From a virus (lineage: Duplodnaviria; Caudoviricetes), in IMG/VR virus record IMGVR_UViG_3300035135_000709, positions 1 to 46,702 of that record: DNA of 46,702 nucleotides; one strand, written 5' to 3'. The position numbers and the translations under genes were made by a program. This document shows positions 38,535-46,702 of this stretch, piece by piece (within the stretch, counting starts at the first letter, position 1; each line of letters starts with the position of its first letter). The notes beneath the pieces were generated by a model. The model made no database searches and was not told where the DNA came from. It saw only the letters and a list, made by a program, of their open reading frames with translations.

Positions 38535-38559
38535 AAAGGGGACTTCGGTCCCCTTTTTT
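38535..38559 (+). terminator. Rho-independent terminator with cUUCGg tetraloop
   Basis: aaaggggac-ttcg-gtcccctttttt. Confidence 0.95.
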
Positions 38560-38567
38560 ATTGCTAG

Positions 38568-38587
38568 TATAAATAAACGTATAAATA
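38568..38587 (+). promoter_or_regulatory. Tandem T4-type late promoters
   Basis: TATAAATA at 38568 and 38580, directly after the terminator. Confidence 0.85.
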
Positions 38588-38613
38588 GTATTATTCAACT
38601 ATGGAACCATCAA

Positions 38614-39384
38614 ATGTACGCAACTAGTAAAGACGAACTGATAGACTATTGCCTACGTGCCTTAGGGCATCCAGTAGTAGACATCAACATTGATGAAGAA
38701 CAACTAGACGATCGTATTGACGAGGCCGTCCAGTGGTTTCGTGAGTTTCACCCAGATGGTTCAAAAAGATTTTATCTGCAACACCAACTGACGCAACAAG
38801 ACATCGATAATCAGTACATTGACTTTCCGGATGATATGGATCTACTGAGCGTTGTCCGTATGATGCCTGTGTCTTACACAGGTGCGCAGACAGGGTGGTT
38901 CAGTGACGCATGGCAGTTCATGAAGTTTACTGTCAGTGATTTCGTCAACGGCCGTGGTATTCTTGGTGACCTTGCATACTACGAGCAGATGCAACAACAC
39001 TTGTCATTGATCGACATGAAGTTAAGTGGTCATCCAATAATCACATTCGATCGACAGTACAACCGTATTAATTTGCATATCAGTACATCCAAACTTGACG
39101 TAGACGACTACGTGGTGTTTGAGGTATATGGTGTGCGTAATCCAGATGACTCAGTAAATGAGTACAACAACCTTTGGAACCATCGTTTTTTAAAAGCATA
39201 TGCGACTGCATTGATTAAGAAGCAGTGGGGTCAGAACCTCATCAAGTTTGACGGTATGACACTCCCAGGCGGAGTTACCGTGAACGCTCGTCAGATCTAT
39301 GAAGATGCACTTCAGGATATTGACAAGATCATGGAGAAATTCCGTGAAGAAGATGAGGAAGGCCCAATGTTCTTTATGGGGTAA
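38614..39384 (+). CDS. gp13: Neck protein gp13
   Basis: ELIDYCLRALGHPVVDINIDEEQLDDRIDEA; LKAYATALIKKQWGQNLIKFDGMTLPGGVTVN. Start moved to ATG 38614 because the longer ORF spans the terminator and promoters. Confidence 0.92.
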   Translation: MYATSKDELIDYCLRALGHPVVDINIDEEQLDDRIDEAVQWFREFHPDGSKRFYLQHQLTQQDIDNQYIDFPDDMDLLSVVRMMPVSYTGAQTGWFSDAWQFMKFTVSDFVNGRGILGDLAYYEQMQQHLSLIDMKLSGHPIITFDRQYNRINLHISTSKLDVDDYVVFEVYGVRNPDDSVNEYNNLWNHRFLKAYATALIKKQWGQNLIKFDGMTLPGGVTVNARQIYEDALQDIDKIMEKFREEDEEGPMFFMG

Positions 39385-39387
39385 CCG

Positions 39388-40272
39388 ATGGCGACCAATC
39401 CATACATTAGTCAAGGACATAGACCTGAACAGAGTCTATACGAAGACTTGGTCATTGAGTCCATTAAATTTTATGGACAAGATGTCTATTATCTACCAAG
39501 AGAAGTGGTAGAGCGAGAAGACATCTTCCTAGACAGTATTCAGTCTCAGTTCTCTGACGCATACAAGGTTGAGGTGTTCATTGAAAACACCGACGGTTTC
39601 GAAGGTGAGGGTGACCTATTCACTAAGTTTGGTATTGAGTTACGTGACCAAGCGACGTTTGTTATCGCACGTCGTCGATGGAGAGAACTGGTAGGTGATC
39701 GACTAACTCAACACGAGTTCAGGCCACGTGAAGGTGACGTTATCTACTTGCCTCTGTCAGAATCATTATTCCAAGTGATGAAGGTAGAGACGGAATCTCC
39801 GTTCTATCAGTTGAACCAGCTACCGTTATTCCGTCTACAGTGTGAGTTGTTCGAGTACTCAGACGAAGACTTCGACACAGGTATCGAAGAGATTGATGTC
39901 GTTGAGCGTGAGGCTGCATTCCAGTATCATATTCAGATGGGTGCACCAGACTCAGACGAAGGTGGATTCTACTACATCGGTGAGAAGGTGGTTCAGACCT
40001 TCGACGACTTCACTCTTGAAGGTGAGGTCACTGCATGGAATAGTGAAACCCGTATTTTGTCCATTGCACACACAGGTGCGGACGACGGTGCGTATCACAT
40101 CTGGACAACTGACCGAATCATCGAGTCAGACTCAGGTGCGCGTTACACACCAACACAGGTGTCTGAAGACATCAATGAGATTCAACCATTGAGCCAGAAC
40201 AAGATATTCGATGATTTCGAAAACGACTTCGTGGACTTCAGTGAGAGGAATCCATTCGGAGATATATTCTAA
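39388..40272 (+). CDS. gp14: Neck protein gp14
   Basis: EQSLYEDLVIESIKFYGQDVYYLPRE, FTKFGIELRDQ, RPREGDVIY, PFYQL, CELFEYSDE, DFSERNPFG. Confidence 0.92.
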   Translation: MATNPYISQGHRPEQSLYEDLVIESIKFYGQDVYYLPREVVEREDIFLDSIQSQFSDAYKVEVFIENTDGFEGEGDLFTKFGIELRDQATFVIARRRWRELVGDRLTQHEFRPREGDVIYLPLSESLFQVMKVETESPFYQLNQLPLFRLQCELFEYSDEDFDTGIEEIDVVEREAAFQYHIQMGAPDSDEGGFYYIGEKVVQTFDDFTLEGEVTAWNSETRILSIAHTGADDGAYHIWTTDRIIESDSGARYTPTQVSEDINEIQPLSQNKIFDDFENDFVDFSERNPFGDIF

Positions 40273-41045
40273 TGTTCGGCACTTATTTTTATAACAAACG
40301 TGTACGTACCAGTGTATCGGTCTTCGGTTCACTGTTCAATAACATACATGTTTTAAGAACAGATGCGAACGGTAAAGTATTGTCGCAGGTAAAAGTACCT
40401 CTATCATATGCGCCGAAGCGTAGTTTCCTTGAAAGATTAGAGGAGATGTCGCAAGGAGAAGATGCAGAACGTAGAGTTGCAATCAAGCTCCCACGTATGT
40501 CGTTCGAGATTACTTCGATGACTTACGATGCGCAGAGACAGTTACCGAAGATCAATAGTTTTACTGCATCCACAGAAGATGAATCAGGTAACACCAGACG
40601 CAAAGTATACACTGGTGTTCCATACAGTATTAGTTTCCAGTTGAGCGTCTATGCGAAGTCACAGGATGATGCACTACAGGTCGTAGAGCAGATACTACCT
40701 TACTTCTCTCCACAATACACTCTATCTGTCAAACCATTTTCTGATCTACCAGATGTTACGGAAGATGTCCCTATTGCACTGCAAGGGGTTGATTTCCAAG
40801 ATGACTATGAGGGTCCGCTAGAACAACGTAGGACTATAATATATAATTTAAACTTTGAAATGAAAATGAACTTCTATGGGCCTGTCCAAGACGGTAAGAT
40901 TATTCGTGAAGTTAACATGAATATGCACCTAATGGACCCAGATGAATTCATCCACAACATCGAGATCACACCAGTTCCGGCTGACGTAAGTCCGGACGAT
41001 GACTATGGTTTCGGGATAGAGTATAATGACGAGAGACACACGTAA
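40272..41045 (+). CDS. gp15: Tail sheath stabilizer/terminator gp15
   Basis: MFGTYFYN, FGSLFNNI, KVPLSYAPK, LPRMSFE, QVVEQILPYFSP. Confidence 0.92.
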   Translation: MFGTYFYNKRVRTSVSVFGSLFNNIHVLRTDANGKVLSQVKVPLSYAPKRSFLERLEEMSQGEDAERRVAIKLPRMSFEITSMTYDAQRQLPKINSFTASTEDESGNTRRKVYTGVPYSISFQLSVYAKSQDDALQVVEQILPYFSPQYTLSVKPFSDLPDVTEDVPIALQGVDFQDDYEGPLEQRRTIIYNLNFEMKMNFYGPVQDGKIIREVNMNMHLMDPDEFIHNIEITPVPADVSPDDDYGFGIEYNDERHT

Positions 41046-41418
41046 ACCACCAGCGTTATTTGACGAAGAGCAGAAAAAGAACTTCGTCCACGAACAAGAC
41101 TACGAATACTCTAGGGACACTTACTATGACCTCATAGAGAAAGGTCGTGAGTCACTAGAACTTATGATTGAAGTCGCACGTGAGAGTGAGCACCCTCGTG
41201 CGTTCGAGGTATTGTCGAACATGATCAAGGGCATCGCAGATGTCAATGATAAGTTGATGGACTTGAATAAGAAACAGAAGGAACTGCAGAAAGACGATTC
41301 CGCTGTTGAAAAAACTACGACGAACAACAATCTGTTCGTTGGGTCTACTACAGAGCTACAACGCATGTTGCAGGGTCAAGATGAGAAAGTCATCGATCAC
41401 GATGACAGTGATGAATGA
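41026..41418 (+). CDS. gp16: Terminase small subunit gp16
   Basis: DYEYSRDT, ESEHPRAFEV, NNLFVGSTTELQ; lies upstream of the large subunit. Confidence 0.92.
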   Translation: MTRDTRKPPALFDEEQKKNFVHEQDYEYSRDTYYDLIEKGRESLELMIEVARESEHPRAFEVLSNMIKGIADVNDKLMDLNKKQKELQKDDSAVEKTTTNNNLFVGSTTELQRMLQGQDEKVIDHDDSDE

Positions 41419-43040
41419 GTACGTACACAAAGAACTCCTACTTAGGTAATCCAAATGTAAAGCGTGATGGTGTCTCAGAAGAATGGGACGCTAAGAAACT
41501 GCGCGAGTATAAAAAGTGCATGAACGATCCCGCGTACTTCTGTCGCAAGTACGTGAAAGTCGTGCACCTTGACAAAGGTTTGGTCCCGTTCAAACTATAT
41601 CCTTATCAGGAGGAGATGTTCGAGCACTTCAACAATAACCGATTCAATATCGTGTTGGCTTGTCGTCAGTCGGGTAAGTCGATTAGTTCGGTCGGGTATC
41701 TGTTGTGGTACGCACTGTTTCATCCAGAGAAGACTATCGCGATCCTCGCAAACAAGGGTATGACTGCACGTGAGATGTTGGCGCGTGTTACACTTATGTT
41801 GGAGAACCTACCGTTCTTTTTGCAACCTGGCTGTAAGGCACTGAACAAGGGGTCACTGGAATTCTCCAACAACTCTCGTATCATCGCAGCCGCGACATCC
41901 GGATCATCGATTCGTGGTATGTCGGTCAACCTACTATTCCTAGATGAGTTTGCGTTCGTCGAGAACGCGGCAGAGTTCTATACATCAACCTATCCGGTAA
42001 TCTCATCGGGTAAGGACACTAAGGTCATCATCACATCAACCGCAAACGGTATAGGCAATACCTACCACAAGATCTGGGAAGGTGCGGTACAGGGTGTGAA
42101 TGAATACAAACCGTTTCGTGTGGATTGGTGGGATGTCCCCGGCCGAGATGAAAAATGGAAAGAACAGACCATCGCAAACACGTCCAGTCTGCAGTTCGAT
42201 CAAGAATTCGGTAACACGTTCTTCGGTACAGGTAATACGTTGATCGAGGGTCAGGTACTTCTGGACCTACGTGCGCGTGAACCACTACAAAGACTTGAGG
42301 GTGGAGATCTTCTGGTATACGAAGAACCCGTCGCAGGACATCAATATATCATGACCGTTGACGTTTGTCAAGGGCGTGGTCAAGATTATTCTACGTTTAA
42401 TATTATCGACGTATCACAGAGACCGTTCAAACAGGTATGCGTATATCGTAATAACATGATATCACCTATCCTATACCCTAACATCATCTACAAGTACGCA
42501 ACACTGTATAACGAAGCGTACACGGTCATCGAGAACAATGACCAAGGAATGGTCGTATGCGTGGGTCTATACCAAGACCTAGAGTACGAGAACATTCACC
42601 TTGAGTCTGCGGTTAAATCCGATGCGATCGGTATTCGCATGGACCGCAAGGTCAAACGCATTGGGTGTTCACAGATCAAAGACATCATCGAGAACAACAA
42701 ACTGCATATCGTTGATGAGAACACCATCATGGAGATCTCCACGTTTGTGTCCAAGGGACAGTCGTTCGAGGCCAGCGACGGTAACCACGATGACTTGATG
42801 ATGAACCTTGTGATGTTCGGTTACTTCGTTGGTACACAGGCTTGGGGTGACATCACAGAAGTCGATATTAAACGTATGTTGTTCGATCACCGCATGAAAG
42901 AAATCGAAGATGATGTACCGCCGTTTGGTATTATCGATGACGGTAGTGATTATATTCCGCAACAGGATCTACACGATCCGTATAATATGGGGTGGCATTC
43001 GGTTGAAGGAATCGACTTCACACCAACCGAAGATTGGTGA
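41415..43040 (+). CDS. gp17: Terminase large subunit gp17
   Basis: YLGNPNVK, Walker A CRQSGKS, Walker B LLFLDEFAF, STANG motif III, nuclease residues (MTVDV..GQDYS; HDDLMM). Confidence 0.97.
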   Translation: MSTYTKNSYLGNPNVKRDGVSEEWDAKKLREYKKCMNDPAYFCRKYVKVVHLDKGLVPFKLYPYQEEMFEHFNNNRFNIVLACRQSGKSISSVGYLLWYALFHPEKTIAILANKGMTAREMLARVTLMLENLPFFLQPGCKALNKGSLEFSNNSRIIAAATSGSSIRGMSVNLLFLDEFAFVENAAEFYTSTYPVISSGKDTKVIITSTANGIGNTYHKIWEGAVQGVNEYKPFRVDWWDVPGRDEKWKEQTIANTSSLQFDQEFGNTFFGTGNTLIEGQVLLDLRAREPLQRLEGGDLLVYEEPVAGHQYIMTVDVCQGRGQDYSTFNIIDVSQRPFKQVCVYRNNMISPILYPNIIYKYATLYNEAYTVIENNDQGMVVCVGLYQDLEYENIHLESAVKSDAIGIRMDRKVKRIGCSQIKDIIENNKLHIVDENTIMEISTFVSKGQSFEASDGNHDDLMMNLVMFGYFVGTQAWGDITEVDIKRMLFDHRMKEIEDDVPPFGIIDDGSDYIPQQDLHDPYNMGWHSVEGIDFTPTEDW

Positions 43041-43052
43041 AAATCGGTAAGT

Positions 43053-43060
43053 TATAAATA
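43053..43060 (+). promoter_or_regulatory. T4-type late promoter
   Basis: Exact TATAAATA upstream of the tail sheath gene. Confidence 0.85.
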
Positions 43061-43126
43061 GATACATTGACAATTTCTCCGTATTATGTTTAACTTATTA
43101 TTCGCTACCGATTAAAGGAAAAGGTT

Positions 43127-44920
43127 ATGGCATTATCAAATCCATCTGCTTCGCCTGCCGTAACTGTACGTGAGGTTGATCTGTCTGGCGTTGCGCCAAA
43201 CGTTCAAACCACTACAGGTGCATTTGTAGGCAACTTTAGATGGGGTCCAGCAGACCAACGCGTCTTACTCTCTGGTGAGGGTGATCTTGCGTCAGTGTTC
43301 GGTACTCCGTCAAAATCAAATGCAGTAGACTTTTTGTCTGCCGCATACTTTCTAAAATATTCTAACTCACTTTTCGTTGTACGTGCAGTATCAGCTGATG
43401 CATTCAATGCGTCAACTAGTATTGATCCAAACGGTGTTCTAATCTCACCTGAAGTTCCTGCTGTCTACATGACAGACAGTGACGGTAATCAGGTACTAGA
43501 CTCAGATCAACAGCCTGTCGTTGTTACTCCTGCGGTTCCTGCAGTTTATGGACCAGAGACAGCTCGTCAAGTTAAGAACGAAGCCGAGTGGGATTCTATG
43601 GTGTGGGACGCATCACTAGGTTCATTCGTCGCTAAGTTCCCAGGCGAACTAGGTAACGCACTATCTGTACACATCTGTCCAGCGGGTGCAGACTTTGCAG
43701 GTTGGGCATACAGTGATTTCTTCACTGGTCCTGCTGCAACTTCTGATTGGGCTGCAGAACGTGGTGCATCTAACGATGAAGTACACGTAGTTGTTACTGA
43801 TCGCACAGGTGCAATCTCTGGTACTGTTGGTTCAGTATTAGAAACGTTCGCATTCGTATCAGTCGCTGACGGTGCAAAGACTCCAGAAGGTTCACCAAAC
43901 TACATCAAGGACGTAGTCGATGCACAATCTGCATACGTCTGGTTCGGTGGTTTCGGTTCTGAACTATCATGGGGATCTAACTCAGGTACAGCACCATCTG
44001 TCGATACTCCAGTAAACTACGCGGGCGGTTCATCTGCATCTGTCGCATTTACTAGCGGTACCGACGGAAGCGTTGCAACTCCAGATTACTCACTATTCTC
44101 TGACGTAGAGGAAGTGGTCGTAGATTTCTTGATCACTCCGAAGGACGGTGACGTATCTGCATTGAATGCAATCGCATCACAACGCAAGGACTGTGTAGTC
44201 GTCGCATCACCAACAGAAGCTGCAGTCGGTGACGCAGCCGCAACCGTTGCATGGGCAGACGGTCTAGGTATCAGTTCATCGTACGTAGTCGTAGACAACA
44301 ACTGGTTGAAAGTTTTCGACAAGTACAACGATCAGTACGTAAACATTCCAGCTGCATCATCCACTGCGGGTGTTATGGCTGCAACAGACGCAAGCGCAGC
44401 GCCATGGTTCTCACCAGCGGGTAACCGTCGTGGTAACTACCTAGGCGTAACTGACATTGTTGCACATCCAGACAAGGGTGACCGTGACACATTGTACAAG
44501 GCGGGCGTTAACCCTATCGCAAACATTCCTGGCCAAGGTGTTCTACTGTTCGGTGACAAGACGTTCTTGAAGCGTCCATCGGCATTTGATCGCATCAACG
44601 TACGTCGTATGTTCTTGGCAATCGAGCGTTCAATCGCTTCTGCAGGAAAGAACGTAATGTTTGAGTTCAACGATGAGTTCACTCGTGCAGAGTTTGTAAA
44701 CATCGTAGAACCACTACTACGTGAGATTCAGGGTCGTCGAGGTATCACTGACTTTAAAGTAGTCTGTGATGAAACTAACAATACTCCTGCTGTCGTTGAC
44801 CGCAACGAGTTCGTCGCATCTATCTTCATCAAGCCAGCACGTTCTATTAACTTCGTGACATTGAACTTTGTCGCAGTTCGTAGTGGTGTAGACTTCGACG
44901 AAGTAGTCGGCGTAGTATAA
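43127..44920 (+). CDS. gp18: Tail sheath protein gp18
   Basis: SPAVTVREVDL, FRWGP, PWFSPAG..RG, FGDKT..SAFDRINVRR, FIKPARSINFVTLNFVAVR. Confidence 0.97.
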   Translation: MALSNPSASPAVTVREVDLSGVAPNVQTTTGAFVGNFRWGPADQRVLLSGEGDLASVFGTPSKSNAVDFLSAAYFLKYSNSLFVVRAVSADAFNASTSIDPNGVLISPEVPAVYMTDSDGNQVLDSDQQPVVVTPAVPAVYGPETARQVKNEAEWDSMVWDASLGSFVAKFPGELGNALSVHICPAGADFAGWAYSDFFTGPAATSDWAAERGASNDEVHVVVTDRTGAISGTVGSVLETFAFVSVADGAKTPEGSPNYIKDVVDAQSAYVWFGGFGSELSWGSNSGTAPSVDTPVNYAGGSSASVAFTSGTDGSVATPDYSLFSDVEEVVVDFLITPKDGDVSALNAIASQRKDCVVVASPTEAAVGDAAATVAWADGLGISSSYVVVDNNWLKVFDKYNDQYVNIPAASSTAGVMAATDASAAPWFSPAGNRRGNYLGVTDIVAHPDKGDRDTLYKAGVNPIANIPGQGVLLFGDKTFLKRPSAFDRINVRRMFLAIERSIASAGKNVMFEFNDEFTRAEFVNIVEPLLREIQGRRGITDFKVVCDETNNTPAVVDRNEFVASIFIKPARSINFVTLNFVAVRSGVDFDEVVGVV

Positions 44921-44930
44921 GGAGATAGTC

Positions 44931-45452
44931 ATGTCACTTAGAGTCGATGATTTTAAAGCAAAACTAAAGGGCGGCGGTGCACGTTCCAACCTATTCAAGG
45001 CTACTGTAAACTTCCCTGCATACGCAGGTGGTGACGCAGAGTTAACTTCATTCATGTGTAAGGCTGCACAGTTGCCTGCATCTGTAATGAATGTTATCAG
45101 TGTACCGTTCCGTGGTCGTGAGTTAAAGATCGCGGGTGATCGTACGTTCGAAACTTGGACTGTTACTATTATTAACGACACAGGCTTCGAGGTGCGTAAC
45201 GCTATGGAACGTTGGATGAACGGTATCAATGCACACAGTGCAAACGTTGGTCTGACTAACCCTGTTACATATCAAGCGGATTTGATTGTTGAACAACTTG
45301 ACAAAGACGGATCTACCCTAAAGACATACAACTTCCGTGGATGTTTCCCAACTAACGTTGCATCCATTGACTTATCGTATGAGCAAGAAGGTATCCAAGA
45401 TTTTCAGGTTGAGTTCCAAGTTCAATACTGGGAAGCGAATACAACAAGTTAA
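44931..45452 (+). CDS. gp19: Tail tube protein gp19
   Basis: GGARSNLF, FMCKAAQLP, PFRGRELKIAGDRTFETWTVTIIND; GGAG Shine-Dalgarno. Confidence 0.97.
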   Translation: MSLRVDDFKAKLKGGGARSNLFKATVNFPAYAGGDAELTSFMCKAAQLPASVMNVISVPFRGRELKIAGDRTFETWTVTIINDTGFEVRNAMERWMNGINAHSANVGLTNPVTYQADLIVEQLDKDGSTLKTYNFRGCFPTNVASIDLSYEQEGIQDFQVEFQVQYWEANTTS

Positions 45453-45473
45453 ATATGATATACATATAGAATC

Positions 45474-45493
45474 GGTGGGGGTAAAACCCCACC
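45474..45493 (+). terminator. GC-rich hairpin between gp19 and gp20
   Basis: ggtgggg-gtaaaa-ccccacc; no clear U tail, so perhaps a partial terminator or stability element. Confidence 0.5.
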
Positions 45494-45513
45494 CATTCAT
45501 AATGTGAGGCATC

Positions 45514-46702
45514 ATGGCAGAGAACAACAACATTTTTCAGGCGTTCGGGTTCGAGTTAAAACGAGTCGCAAAACAACGAGAGGAAGATAAGAAGGCACCA
45601 TCCATCGTACCAAAGATCGATGAGGATGGGGCTGGTTACGTCACTGCATCTGGTTCCTATTTCGGTCAGTACATCGATCTTGATGGTACTGGCGCAAAAG
45701 ACAATCAAGAACTCATTCGTAAGTATCGCGTGATCGCAGAACACCCTGAGTGTGATGCAGCCATTGAAGATATCGTGAACGAGGCGATTGTCGCAGGTGA
45801 GTTGGAATCTACCATCACCGTCAATCTGGACAAAGTAGAAGCTCCAGACCGAATCAAAAAGACGATCACTGAAGAGTTCAATGACATCGTAAGTATGTTG
45901 AACTTCGAGGAGTACGGTCACGACATGTTTCGTTCGTGGTACGTAGACGGTCGCATCTATCATCACCTTGTGGTCAACGAGTCAAACTTGAAGGCGGGTA
46001 TTCAAGAGATCCGTCCTATCGATTCGACTAAGATTCGCAAGGTAAAAGAAATCCAACATAAGAAAGACCCTAAGACGGGTGCGAAACTTGTGGATAAAGT
46101 CAATGACTTTTACATCTACCAAGAACGCGCAGGCGCTAATAATGGTATCAAGTTGACCAGCGACTCCGTATCTTATGTTACTTCAGGATTGTTAGACACG
46201 TCGAAGAAGCGTGTACTATCATATATGCACAAGGCAATCAAGCCGGTCAATCAGTTGCGTATGATGGAAGACTCTCTAGTCATCTATCGTATGGCACGTG
46301 CACCAGAACGTCGTATCTTCTACATCGACGTGGGTAACCTACCGAAGGGTAAGGCAGAACAACACATCAAGGACATCATGTCGCGTTATCGCAACAAGGT
46401 AGTCTATGATGCGAACTCTGGTGAGATCAAAGATGACCGCAAACACATGTCGATGCTCGAAGACTTCTGGTTACCACGTCGTGAAGGTGGACGTGGTACT
46501 GAGATAAGTACACTGCCTGGGGGCGAGAACTTAGGTCAGATCGACGATATCCTTTATTTCCAAAAGAAGCTGTACCGTTCATTGAACGTACCATTGAATC
46601 GTCTGGAGCAAGAGGCTCAGTTCTCTCTAGGTAGATCTACAGAGATCAACCGTGACGAAGTTAAGTTCCAGAAATTTATTGACCGTCTCCGCAGAAAATT
46701 CT
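45514..46702 (+). CDS. gp20: Portal vertex protein gp20 (3' end beyond window; absent from the ORF track)
   Basis: Manual translation MAENNNIFQAFGFELKR..., HPECDAAIEDIVNEAI, WYVDGRIY, NQLRMMEDSLVIYRMARAPERRIFYIDVGNLPK, EDFWLPRREGGRGTEISTLPGGENLG. Confidence 0.97.
   Translation, partial: MAENNNIFQAFGFELKRVAKQREEDKKAPSIVPKIDEDGAGYVTASGSYFGQYIDLDGTGAKDNQELIRKYRVIAEHPECDAAIEDIVNEAIVAGELESTITVNLDKVEAPDRIKKTITEEFNDIVSMLNFEEYGHDMFRSWYVDGRIYHHLVVNESNLKAGIQEIRPIDSTKIRKVKEIQHKKDPKTGAKLVDKVNDFYIYQERAGANNGIKLTSDSVSYVTSGLLDTSKKRVLSYMHKAIKPVNQLRMMEDSLVIYRMARAPERRIFYIDVGNLPKGKAEQHIKDIMSRYRNKVVYDANSGEIKDDRKHMSMLEDFWLPRREGGRGTEISTLPGGENLGQIDDILYFQKKLYRSLNVPLNRLEQEAQFSLGRSTEINRDEVKFQKFIDRLRRKF

Noticed and set aside
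38527-38613. N-terminal extension of gp13 in the ORF track
   Set aside because: Overlaps a clear terminator and two late promoters; gp13-like sequence begins at ATG 38614.
38614-46702. Introns, inteins or homing endonucleases in the neck, terminase, sheath and portal genes
   Set aside because: Genes are contiguous and of normal length; no intein or endonuclease motifs seen.
1-46702. Diversity-generating retroelement, invertase shufflon, tRNAs or stop-codon recoding
   Set aside because: No reverse transcriptase or recombinase, no adenine-specific template/variable repeat pair, no cloverleaf noticed in the short intergenic gaps; standard-code ORFs tile the window.

Overview
All-plus-strand late (virion morphogenesis) region of a T4-like myovirus with a gene layout typical of marine T4-like phages; the host cannot be determined from the sequence. 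Order: baseplate gp6 (5'-truncated), a gp7-like gene, a collagen-like fibre with an adjacent 2OG-Fe(II) oxygenase and glycosyltransferase, gp8, about 29 kb of fibre/appendage and protein-modification genes, then the conserved block gp13-gp14-gp15-gp16-gp17-gp18-gp19-gp20 (portal, 3'-truncated). T4 late promoters (TATAAATA) punctuate the region. The most striking feature is the 1911-aa product of 19171..24906. It is built from tetrapeptide units, and its N-terminal and C-terminal arms are complementary when read antiparallel, in unbroken register over 169 tetrads (manual alignment). This suggests one giant beta-hairpin/ribbon of about 800 residues per arm, extending from a small repeated base domain. 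It is followed by its own glycosyltransferase and oxygenase-like genes. Two other fibre genes have similar modification cassettes, pointing to a phage-encoded fibre glycosylation/hydroxylation system. All family assignments come from motif recognition and synteny; no searches were run.
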